Positions 12,635 to 25,300 of a stretch of DNA of 64,000 nucleotides are shown piece after piece. The translations under genes and the position numbers were made by a program. The first letter of the stretch is position 1. Every line of letters begins with the position of its first letter. The notes beneath the pieces were generated by a model. The model did not search any database. It saw only the letters and a list, made by a program, of their open reading frames with translations, and was not told the origin of the DNA. Origin of the DNA: Pocillopora damicornis (lineage: Eukaryota); NCBI RefSeq assembly GCF_003704095.1, contig NW_020843958.1:62001-126000 (forward strand), given 5' to 3'.

Positions 12635-14145
12635 AGCCGGGCTGTTAAGGGTCTAATAAGCGGATTATTGTCATATTTTTGTGTCCATCAGACCGAGATC
12701 CTCTCTACCTTCGAGTTAAGGCTTATTTCAAACTCATACTGGGTTAACTTAAAATACTCAAGTGAAGGACTAAATCAAAATTTCAAACCAAGAAGAAAGA
12801 CATTCGCAAGAAGGAAGCGAATTCTAACGTTAATAAAACTATAGAGAAATTCGCGACTATTCTGAGTAAATATTTTCTTTTAAGTTTTTAAAACAAAACT
12901 TTCATGCAGTCAGGAATAAAGACTTATTGTGTTTTTTAGCAACTGAAGCGCACTAGCACTGTTGTTCGCATATTATCATTTACGAGATAGTCGGATCGAC
13001 TTTTTTCGCCCTCACATGGTTTTATATAACCATGAGTAAACACAAGTGGAGGCGTGGGTAACTTGCGAGCTGGCTCTTGTTGTAAGCATTGCAGCGCAAA
13101 GTGTTCCTTCGCCCGCGAGTAAGATTAGGTCTTGAGCAAAGCTGGCCGGCGGGGATCTGGCACTAAGCAGTTCAAGCCCTATTCCAGACCTCTCACCGGA
13201 TCGCGTTGCTCAACACCTTGGATCAAACCTATGCGCTGGTGAACGAACAGCCTTACTGAATCATCAATAATGAAGGCCTTGGTTTGAAAATAAGAGACAT
13301 TTGTATAAATCTTCGATTGTGTTTCGTGTCGGCACGCCTTTCGAAGATTGTCCCAACCACTCCAGGTCTTAGGTGAAGCTGAGTAAATGGCACTCGCAGT
13401 TGAGTTGGACTTCGAGTCACTTTCCAGAGGATCTTCTGTTGCTGGCTTTTAAAAATTTTTTCTCGAAATTGTGTGCCCATGCAACACATCAAACTATTTT
13501 TACATACCCCATCCAAACACACCGACTGACAACAAATGAGAGCGCGCGCGTATGACAGTCTTGGTTATTTCATAGTCATTGAGTCACATTTATGTTATTC
13601 ATTAGGAAAGGGCAAAATCGAGATTGGGTTGTGCTGCCAAAGATTACCGATTATTCCTGACACTTTTCGGTCATTTGATATAAGTTCAGAAGACCTTAGA
13701 TGCACCTGCTAAACACTACGTAATTTTTACATTTTGGGGGGGCAGGGAACACCTTCTTATTCCTAGAAAATAAATATGTCATGTTTGTCGAACTTAAGCA
13801 CGTGCTACGTCCGGGACCCCAAAGTGGGAGTGAGGCATGCTCGAGTCGCAGTCGAGTTGGACTTCGAGTCACTTTCCAAAATAGTAATCAAAGTAGTTCA
13901 TGGTGATTCATCGCTGGAGTATCAGTTTCCTTCTCAAGAAACGATTTTTCATTTAGGAATAAGCAATTGTAGGGTAGCCATACCCATCTCTTACGCTAAG
14001 AGAAATCTATCCATGTAGAAGCAGGTGCATGAGAGGGGTAAATTTTCTCGTGAATTAAAAAAGCGCAAGGTGCCATGATGGTAAAAAGTGTTGACAGACC
14101 TATCACCCTCCCACCCTCGTGATATCGTTGTGCTGTGGTGCTAAT

Positions 14146-14300
14146 TGACTCCCTCGCGGCAGTTCTTTGCGGCATGGGATGTCACGGGATGTGGCGCCAA
14201 TTGACTGCGGTATGGGATGTCACGGGATGTGACTGCGGTATGGGATGTCACGCCACGTTCTTCCCAAGATATATCCCAGAGAGCGACTGCGAAGGAGAGT
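14146..14300. mobile_element. Short MITE (TAGTCTCC..GGAGACTA family) with internal tandem repeats
   Basis: Ends GACTCCCTCGCGGC .. GACTGCGAAGGAGAGTA. Contains three copies of TGCGG(C/T)ATGGGATGTCACG. Same family as 49993-50087. Confidence 0.5.
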
Positions 14301-15419
14301 ATGGCACTATTAGCTGAGCTCTAACGAGTAATACTTAAATGATGTTCCTAACCTATAAGGGGAGACATTTAACATATCTTACGACGAGGAAGCTGTTTTT
14401 GTCCTGTCAAAAGCAACAGGTCAGTGGTGAGATGTCCCTTAGCTGCCTCCCGGCTTCTTTGGCATGGAAATCCTCCCCGGGATGCGAAAATTCCAGAATT
14501 AGGTACATGGCTACTTTTAGTTTTGCGGGGGCCCCTGTTCCCTACCCTCTCCACTTTGTTTTTTTCTTTTTTTCGTTTATGGCATTTTTATAGCATTTTT
14601 ATGGCAATTCAACACGAAGTTTCACCTGAACTTTAACTCTGGTCCAAATCGATGCCCATCTCGAACTTTAACTCGAAGTATAAATCAAAAAGTTTAAACT
14701 TCTACTCTTTCTCAAACTCTTGACGCGAACTTTAACTTGGAGTCCAACTCCATGTCCAACCCGAAGTCCAACTCGTTCCCGGGATTCTTTTTGTGCAACC
14801 GTTTTTTGCCAAAAAAACTTAATATTTGAGTTTGAGACGAGGATCCGTAAATTGCTGCACAGACCGACGAGGAGAGGTAAGTGCGATATCTTTTATCTCT
14901 CTGCAGTGCGTCTGATATGTTGAGGAGATATTTTCAATCACACGGAACGGTTTCAATAAGACTGGCGCACGTCGATAGCAGAACGTGTCGATTCGAAATC
15001 GCTGTTTAATCTTCAACACCAGTTAACTCAAAGAAAACTCAAAGAAAATTTGGTCTGCATTCACCAGCAAAGTTAACAACCCTCGGCGATAGATAGAAAG
15101 GAAAGGATTTCATCTTCAAAACACCATTAAATTGTAGTGTGTGGTACAATTTAACACCAAACTGATTAATCACAGCCTGCGTATTAATTTAGTGATGTGG
15201 TTCGACATAGTACTATACAACACCATCGACTCAGAGCCTTAGGCACTTGGCAAAGATCGTCTTAAAAACAGCCGGTATGAGAAAGCATTACTCATCAATC
15301 AACATGGCCGACACAGGCTTGGACATCGTCTCGAGAGGCCGCGATTTTTTAACAAAAATTTAAGAATAACGCTGGGTTTAAACAAAAAGCTTTATTTCCT
15401 GGCAAACTTAAGCGTTTAG

Positions 15420-15590
15420 TGACTCCTCGTACTCAGTTTAAACTCCCCTCTTTTCTTCCCTCGGTAAAGTGCAGGAGAGAGAAGACCTTGGGAACGAGGT
15501 CGAGTAGAAGGTCATTACAATCTCGCACCCAGAGCCCTCGTAACCTCGACCAGTGGATGAGCATACCGGAGGCTCTGGGAAAGAGACGGA
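15420..15590. mobile_element. Two adjacent short foldback MITEs (CAACCTCGTTCCCAG / CAATCTCG..CCCAGAG families)
   Basis: Terminal motifs CCTTGGGAACGAGGTCG and CAATCTCGCACCCAGAGCC..GGCTCTGGGAAAGAGA. Confidence 0.4.
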
Positions 15591-18500
15591 GATCATTAAC
15601 GAGGAATGCGCTATGCTTCTCCTTACTGCGCATAACATAACGAAGATAGCCACCTGAAATTGGCAGCTCCTTCAATACTCTTTTTGGCCAAGATCACCTT
15701 TGGTAAATCGTCATTTTCTCGTCAACGATTCTGGTGACCTATCACTTTCTTTCTCTTTATTTATTTGGTTGTGCAAAAATATTTTGATGGAAGATCCTCA
15801 TCGGCTTTTACATACGAATAGAAAGCACATTTTTCAACTTCAACGAAATAAAACGGAAAGGGCGTGTCCCTAGCTTTTATTACTGAGTTGACTTTTTCCT
15901 GAGAGCCTGGTTCTTCAATTTCCTTCCGACAAGCAGAAACCTCGTTTGCCATCACCAAAAAAAAATGTTGCTTCGGGACGATCAAAAGACACAGCGCCTT
16001 TGTTCTAATTCCGGTAAAACCAAGATGGGAATAAGATCACCAAATGTTTACCTGAAAGATTTGCGATGGAAGGCTTATCGGAATATCTGGTGTTCAGATC
16101 ACTGAATAAAAAAATAATAAAACAAAACAATAAAATAGACAAAATAAAAAACCGGTCGTGAATTCGTTTCCAAGAAGCTGTTTACAGGTGTTTTTAACCA
16201 CGTGCCAGCCATGTAAGTCATGTTTGGCCGACTGAACCCTGCCATTTAACAGGATCAGTTCAAGGCTGTTGCGCGGACTGCTCTAAGAAAGAGCGACGAA
16301 TATCGCACATGACGGTGCCAAAAATTGTTCATTATATATATTGATCTGAATAACGCATGCTGCGCTGCGACCTCATCTGTGATCTATTACAGAACAGACA
16401 CACGGCAACTTGTCTTTAACTTGTCTTATATGATAAAGAAGCAAAAGATGTTACCGTTGAGGTCATCTATACGTTTGTCCTCCAATAGATCATCGGTAAG
16501 AATCAACCAAAACGTATGAGTAATTCACCTCAATATATAATTTACAATTGGTGGACGAGGAAAAGCGTAATATCGTGACGCAAATCAGTTATTAACTTAT
16601 TAACGATTCGAATATGCTTGTTACTGACAAGTCATGATATTCCTCGAATACCTTTTCAATAACTTTTTTCAATAACCCTTAAATTTCTATTATCATTCGA
16701 TACAATTCTTCTTACTTTTCATTGGCCGAGAGGCAACTGCATGTCATGCAAATATTAAACTGTTTACATATAATAGTCTGTTCATACGTCATATCGTCTA
16801 ATTTTCAGTTTGCCGCCAATGAAATCTTCTTCGTACATAATTGTCTTCTCACTGATCCATAGAAAATGGAAAATTATATCCCTAAGCTTTCAGCGAGCGG
16901 ATCTCGAAAACAAGCATGGAAAGCAAACCTGGCAGTAACCGGATGATAAGATTATAGCTGAACTTAATTATCACTAAATTGTGATTTATCAGCGTCTCGC
17001 AGATCAATTGTTTGCCTCAGCCTTCTGTGATTAATTACTCTGCTTGTCATGGACAAATTACGATATTTGTTGGACCGCGTCCAAAACTGTAGAATACTTC
17101 AGGAATTGAAAACGAATGAGACATCGAAACTTACGCACGCGTATCCACTGATCAGTTTACTTTTGGTTTCATTTACATCAGCAAGAGGCCATATTTATGC
17201 AGTTCAGCCGCTCAGGATGAATAGAAAGCGTTGTAACGAACAGTCGAGAAAAAGGTGGCAGACAGTCTGGCACTCTTCCAGGTGCCTTCAGACCGTAAAA
17301 CGACCTGACTGTTTTCAGCGTACCCCCTTCCGTATGCACCGCTCGATATGTACTTACCCTTTGCTAATCACTACAGTCGCGCTTAACATAGCCTTTGATG
17401 TATAACTATTCTGTTCATTGTTTCTACAACTGAAGAGGAAAGCTTGTAATAGCCACGAACTGCTTATTTTTGTCTGCGTAGGTAAACTTCTCTTTGTTAG
17501 TTTAATTGCTTCCAAGCTAAAGGAAACTCGCCGACTTTGGCTCGTCATAAACTTGCCCCCTACTGTGTAAACCCCTTTCAAGCACTCGCCCAATATATAC
17601 ATCCTATCGTAGGTTCCACTTTAAACTTCAACTTGGAACTTCTCAAACAGGAGATAGCTTGTTTCGTTTTTGAGTCGCAGATAAATTTTAAGAATTTGAG
17701 ATCATTTTGAACCCGATCAGAGAAAATTCTCAGGGTTTTGTAAAATGATTCTACAGTAACACATCCATACAGCCATTTGGAGCTTAATTACTGCTGCTGT
17801 GGTTGATCATTACATGACCAATTACAAAACGCAAAGAGTTATTATATTTCCACTTACAATATTTTTGTAAAGCCCGTTGCCTGCTGAGTTGCACGCAAAC
17901 TGAACATCGTCTTCTGCACAAGAAACATATAGACACTTATACCGGTGTCTTAACACAGCAATATTCACTGGTTATTTCCGATCTACTTCTATATTTCGGA
18001 AAATTCCACGAGGCGAGAAATCGAAGGAGACATCTTGACGATGCTGTACATAGCCCATTTTTTCTAACCAATACGAAGTAATTGGTTACTGTCCTCAAGA
18101 CTGTCATTAACCTTTACTAACCACCATCCTCAGTGTGAAGTGTCTATTTTCCTCTTTTGCCATCATGCAAACAACAACAACACAACATTTTTGCCAGAAA
18201 CAATCAAGAACTTTATCAGTTTAAACTTTAAGCATGCAGGATCAGCAATCCTATATAATTAAAGATCGTAGCAATCTTAACAATCTTACTTCAGTTAGCT
18301 TCGGCGCCAGACATAAGTTTTCCGGTTTCGTTGGTGTTTTTCCAATTTTATCCAGATAAAAACAATGAAAAGAAGTGGTCAAAGTGAAACTCAACACTGC
18401 AGTTTCACTAAAAAACCAGTTGTGCTTTACCCTGGAAGAACTGAACATTATTAATGAAGAGCTCTATAATATAGGTTCTGATTTCCTATATCACTGTAAA

Positions 18501-19329
18501 CACTTGGTCGATTCAGGTAGTTTTTCGGCGAATCCAATTTTTAAAATCAAAACTTCGACAACATATAAAGTATTTCCTGTTTTTCGGAAACTAGACATCA
18601 AAAATTGAAAACATTAAACAAACACCCAAAACCGAAACAAAAAAAATTTAAACATAAAAAAGTTTAATCAGAAACATGACAATCAAACTCAGTGATCTGT
18701 GGACGTTTTCGGTTTCAACCGATTTACGGCGTCGACATTGTTGAATTTTCAAATTCTGACATATTGATGTGGAAAAATAATTTAGAATCAAGGAATTTTT
18801 TGCTTCGTGATTCCGGATATTTTAATTATAGATTGGCCACAAGCTCCAAGATTATATGCTTGACGCAAGCAAATTCTTATGTAACCGCAGCAACCCTGAT
18901 TCGTTCCCAGATCCCGACAAGCTTTGGGAGTCTGGACACGAGGCTAATGTTAAACTTCTTCTAATAATTATAATGCTTTTTGTCCTTCATAAAATTAAGA
19001 TAATTATAGAAAATCATTATTGTTAGGATCTATTGTGGTTTGACTATTCTTTGGACCAACTTTTTCAATACTTAGCATTATTTCACGCAACCGACAGGAA
19101 AATTTTTTTTGCGTCATTGACCCTCCCCCACCGCCGCCCTAGACATACCCTCCCCATGCCCTCTCCACTCCTTACACACAATCGCTCTTCAGCCGTAAAA
19201 ACGCAACGCAATCAAGTAAGTAGATCGCCTGCTGAAATTTTTTTCAACCAAATTCTCAAATAACATTCTTTTTCTTTTGTAATTCTACTCTAGAGTTTTC
19301 CCGGCCTACTTTAAAACGAGTTGGCTTCT

Positions 19330-22300
19330 ATGAATGTCAAGATGGGTCCGAATTTTCACCTCGCACTCTTCTTCGCAGTTTACGTGGCCCGATGTTTCCT
19401 TTTCATCGACGCATCGCGCCAAGGTAAAGTTGTTCAAATAGCCTCTTCACACCTCATACCAGCTAATCATAAGCACGAGGCAAACGTAAAAAGAATCCTT
19501 TCAACGTTTTCATGAAATAATTCAGGATTTAAGCTTACAGATAAACATCGCAACTCATCGAGCGACGAAGTAAAGAAATATAATAGCCTAATATATTCGA
19601 GAACGTGTTTCTACGTATCTTTTCTGTTCTATTTCCTGGAAAGAATTTATTTCCCCCTTTCACTAATCACGGACTGCCAATAGATATGGTAACCTGACGC
19701 CAACTTTAATTATCTTCGCTGTGAAAATTTCAAATTTCCCCAAAGTACTTATAAGAACGTTTTTCGTAGTACAAAAGAGAATAGTCGTAAGTGATATTTA
19801 TCAAGAGCCATTTCGAAGCACAATAGTCCTTACGTAGATTCAATGCATTGTCTTTGAAATTGGTTTCATGAAAATGTACCTTGTAGACTTTCCTGGTTTT
19901 TGTGTAGTAAGAGCTAGTGGGGATCAGTTCAATCGATGGCGAAGTCGTTTTTTGCATTTGTGCGTTGTAAACAAAAAGATTAAGCCTACTTAATGAAAGA
20001 TACGGGAACTATTCATATAACGTGTGCACTATCATTGTCTTAGGTTGATTAAGTGAGAGCCAGTTCAAGTTATTAAAACCTACGAAAGCGCTTATTCTGC
20101 ACTTTTTCAGTGTAAACAAAACGTATAAAATTCCGTTCGTTCAGGGTGAACTGTTAGTGAGACGAATTTTGGCTCGCTCTCAAAGACGCGGTTTTCTTCA
20201 TTTGCATGAACCTCATAAACAAACATTGCATAATGAGATTCGGGTTAGAGATAAATCCTGGAAGAATGTACACTTTTCCGCTATCATTCGGTGTATGTTT
20301 TACACCGTGGATCCGAAAAAGAAAGAAAAAGAAAGGAAAAAAGCTCCTTTGAGTCGTGGAAAACATTCACGAGACAAAATATTTGCTTTGTGGTATTTTG
20401 CCAACTGACCGGCCCCTCTAACGCCCACCCCTTTTAAGGAAATATTTCACTTTTTATTTCCTGGTGAGACAAAAATACTTTACAGATATTTTCATTACTT
20501 AGTCGTTAACTTCAACAATTATAATATATTCAAGCCACAATGGTATTTCTTAGCTAAATGGGAAGTTTCTTGTACATCATCATTTTATTATTTTGGTTTT
20601 TTTATTTGCTACACGAAGTCAATAATGTATATCAGTATTTTAAGCTTGTTTCTAAAACACAATGATTGTTGTTATACTTGGGGCTTATTACAATATTTTG
20701 ATCATCATGGGCAAATACACTCAAACATTGCCAGAAAATTCATAACATCTGGCTGGATAAGCATCTCACAAACGAACGTAGCACTCCCAGAAAATTGACA
20801 ACACCTGTCTAAATTTTTGATGGGCTGTCATATGGTAAATTAGCATATTCGAAAGGAAATAGTAGTAATGAACTTAGACTAAGTTTTTCAAAATAACTCT
20901 TCATGGTAAGATGAAACTGAACCAATTATTTTAAGGTCACCATAAAATTGTATGGACTAGTAAACCTCTTGCAGAAACAATTCCACTCACGCACCTGACA
21001 GGGAAACTTAAAATTCCAAGATATATGTGTGAGGCAGTAAAAGAAAGTTTCTTTTAGCTCCCTTGCTAATGCCACCAAAGTAAATTCAACTAGCAGCATT
21101 TTTGTTACTGAGATGAGAAGTATATAAAGCCCAAATGATTCCAAAACAAAGAAAAGCAAAGAAAGAAAGTCAGCTAAGGAAGTCACACAGCTTTAGACAG
21201 ACTGGAATTTAGTAACATTCTTCTTGACTATCTCAATCCTTACATCTCCTATAAAATGAAAAATTGACTTTTTCTCATTAATCCTTTTAGGTTGCTCAGA
21301 TGCACTTGGTATGGAAAGCAACAAAATAAAAGATTTCCAGATAAGCAGTCACACATTTTCTTCTGGCTGGCTTCCTGAGCATGGTAGATTGAACTATAAT
21401 AATGGAGCTTGGTGCAGTGCAAACAGTGATAAAACATCTGAGTACTTTGAGATAGACCTGCTGAGGGTCAGACATGTTTCAGCCATTGCTACACAAGGAG
21501 TACAAAATTGGAATTACTTGAGCTACTATGTTAAGACATATATGATTAAGTACAGCTATGATGGAAGGGCGTGGTTAACTTACAAAGACACTGGTGATGG
21601 TCCTGACAAGGTGTGTAATCCTCAATGTGTCTTAGGGGAAGTTTCTTTTACATTCACAATTGTGTGTTTACAATGCTGGGAAATGCAATTCTCTTTTGGT
21701 ATTTTTTCAGTCATTCATTGGAAACTCAGATGCCAACAGTGTGAAACTGAACAACTTGAGAGATACATTTGTGACGAGGTACCTCAGGATATACCCGAAG
21801 GATTATAAATATGATATGTGTCTTCGAGTTGAAGTATATGGCTGCAGTGATCAAGCTGGTAGGTTCACTTGATCGATACACCTTCGTCTCATTTGTTATT
21901 ATTGTCAGCAGTAAAAATTTGGATTATATGTCGCTAATGAGACAGCATGCTAACTTTAAAACAGACAGAATCAGATTAGTTGAGTAAGGGCTATTTTTGT
22001 TATTTGTAAATACTGTCCTTGAACTTGGGAAAAGTTTTCCAATATCGACAAGTTCATGTATAGTGATAACATTAACAATACAAGCACAGTCATTAAGGCT
22101 GTCGCCATTCTCTTGGTAAGCTAGTGCTATCCAGAAAATGTAAATTTTCAAGTGAAGGCCTCTAAAAATTGAACTATTTGTAAGTTTCATCTTTCATTTC
22201 AATTGGCATCAATACAACTTTGAGTAAATGTAGTATCTTTTTGAATAATAATATTTCATTTAAGAACTTCAAACATTATGAATATTGTTATAGTGTATAT

Positions 22301-25300
22301 GAATCTCAAATATGTTGTCAGTGCCAATAAAGCCTTTGCCTCCTAACATTAGTATGCGTATTTTCCGTAATGAACTTCTCTAAAGTATACATTCTCTAAT
22401 GTGCTGACAAGGAGAATTTGCTCAACAATCCAGAGCTTCTTTAGTTGGAGTTCATTTCCTTTATTTTCATGACCTTAATGTTTGATTCAGGGATGATATT
22501 GTAAAGGGGAATTAAGCACATCACTTTTAGGAGTCAAAGGGGTTAATTTATCGTGTGTTATAATTGCACAAACAAAATCAGTAACATGTTGATTAGAAGT
22601 TTTTACCACAATTTTTCAAAATGAAATTTCAGGTTACTTTCTGCATGGTTTTCAACTTCAAATGGGAATTACAATTATTGTAGTAATTATATTTGATAGC
22701 CTATACAATATAAAAAATGTACTCTTTATAAAATTATTTTTTTCAGATGATTGTTCAAACTTTTCAACAAATCCTTCCGGCTCCATTGCAAGTCCAGGCT
22801 TTCCAATCAGTTACCCCTCCAACAAAAACTGTGTATGGATTATTTCAGCTCCAACAGGAAAAAACATAGTACTAATGTTTACACAGTTTGACATGAGACG
22901 AAGTTCAAATCCACCAGGCTGTAAAGAAGATTTTGTAGAAGTTCAGGATGGTCTCACTGATTTATCTCCTCGCATTGGTGGAAAATTTTGTAATGGAAAT
23001 ACGTCTATGCTAACAATTACTACAACAAGTACAGTCAGAGTGAATTTTCATTCCGGCAACACCAATGCTGCCCAGAAAGGATTTCAGATTAATTACCTTG
23101 CGATAACACCAGGTATTATTGGATGCAAAAGATAAACTTGATATATGTTAATAATGGTGCCTATGAGTTGTATTGGCCATCATTTTATTTACTATTTCAT
23201 TCCTGGCCAATTTGAATTTATCTATTCCTCATTCCTGGCCATCATTTTATTTACTATCTCAGTCTCGTCATTTAGAAAAAGTAAAAGCAAGACCAAAAAA
23301 GACAAAAATATAGGGGCATAAACCTAATAAGGGACTGTTTACATGGAGGTGGGGGACCCCAGGTAGGTTAGGTAACCTGCCTAACCGTGGTCGAAAAATA
23401 AAACATGTTTACATGCAATCTTACAACCCCGGGTGCTAGAGTAGGGTTTCTTGAGGTTGTTGTTGCACTTGCAATTAAGGAGTTTGAGCAGAGGCGTCCC
23501 AAGCTCACATCTTGAATAATGTATTTATTCACGAAAGTGTCACTCATTGTGGTGTTTGGTTTCGCGAGGAACCGTTGACTGACAATACGTTATACAGAAT
23601 AGATTGGGAAACCAAATATGGTTGATTTACAATGCTAAATATTCTGAAATGTGAACATTTTACACTCCTTGTGTGTCCATTGTGGTTTCTGGCGATTTCT
23701 GCCATGAGATGGCTAGGAAATGAACAAAGTTTTAAAACATACGTGTTTTGCTTTTGAGCTTTTTGTCATGAACGCAACCCCGGCTAGGTGGGTTACCCCA
23801 CCTTGACATGTTTACATGGCAAATTGTCACCCCGGCTGACAAGGTTACCCTACCTGGCAGACTGGGCAACCCACCTAGGTGGGTCACCCCAGCTATCATG
23901 TAAACGTGATCAAAATAAAATAAGAAATTATATGGACAGGTGGGTTACCAGTGGCAAATTTGTGCTCGTATATCATTAAATAGCATATATTTGTAAATTT
24001 TTCAAAGACTACAAACCTTGCACTCAACCATCGAGTAAGTGCAACAATTATTAGGGACCTGGGATCCCCCCACCTCCATGTAAACAGGTCTGAACATAAA
24101 GATTCAGTTTATTTCTTAAACAATATAATAGCAGAGACAGAAAACTTTTGAGGTAAATCCCAAGTCAGTAGAAGAAAAGCAAAACATTTGTACGTAATAT
24201 GAATGTAATAGATGTTGGCCAAAGTAGCAACAAAATTGGATGAAAGAAAAAGGCCAAAAAAAATTACCATTTATTTGATATTCATCATATTACTTTCTTT
24301 TGCAACAGGTTCAGGCAACATACATGCTGAAAAGGCTTGTGATGGAGATGTTTTGGCACTGAACTGTTCAGGATATCAATACACAATAAAAATCCTCCAT
24401 GCCACATATGGTTCTTTTCCACACAGTTGTGGGCAGCAGTTGTCATCTCAATCTTGCCCAACTTTGGATGTTAAGAGTAAAGTTGTGACAATGTGCCAGG
24501 ATTCCAAGGAATGTGACATCACTGTTAAAAAAGCTCTTTTTGATTACAGTTGTTCCAATGGCCCTGAAAACCATCAACTGCAAATTTTCTATCAGTGTAC
24601 AAGTACAAACATTAGAAGTAAGTACAGTGATGAAGGAACATCAGCTACGGGGGAATTAGAAAAGAAAAGAAACTAAACATTTATTGCTTAGCTGTGGTTT
24701 GATTTTACTTTTAATTAAATTGAATCACTTGAGCACAGAGTTCATTACAACATGAACAACTAAACAAACCATTTATTATGAATATATTAAAAAGATGTCA
24801 TTTCTGCAACTGCATCAACAGCTTACTTGTCTAAATTTAAATTACAAGGGCCAAAATGATACATTTGGAACAGGTATTACAGCTTAAGTGCATGAACTCT
24901 GTGATACTTGATATCATTTGTTAGCTGTGAAGTTCAAATTGCTTGGAATGATAAGATATATTTGCCCTGTACCAAAACGTCAATTTTTATTTTTTTTTAT
25001 TTTCAGCCCCAGCCCCTTCCACAATAACCTCCAAGCCAACACAAGTGACGTCTTCAGCACCATCCATCCCGCCAACAAAAATGATGTCTTCAGGACCATC
25101 CGCCAAACCAACACAAATGACTTTTTCAGCACCATCCAGTGCTCAACCCACCAAAGTTCTATCCTCAAATTCATTCACTAAACCAACCACTAAATCATCT
25201 TCAGAAAAACCAGTGCTATATCCTAGTGAATCGGACAAAATTACACTACCAACAGAAAATGTAGAATTTGAAGATCCAAGAGTAACTGGAAAAAGAGCTG

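Noticed and set aside
14168-14252. Three near-identical short repeats resembling a CRISPR array
   Set aside because: Spacers are short and related to the repeat, the block is inside a MITE, the DNA is eukaryotic and there are no cas genes.
17358-17915. Minus-strand exon-like segments with GTAAGT donors
   Set aside because: No recognisable protein and no consistent splice chain; too weak to call a gene.
20150-20180. GTGAGACGAATTTTGG resembling the U12 snRNA Sm-site region
   Set aside because: The 5' branch-point-pairing sequence and U12 stem-loops are absent.
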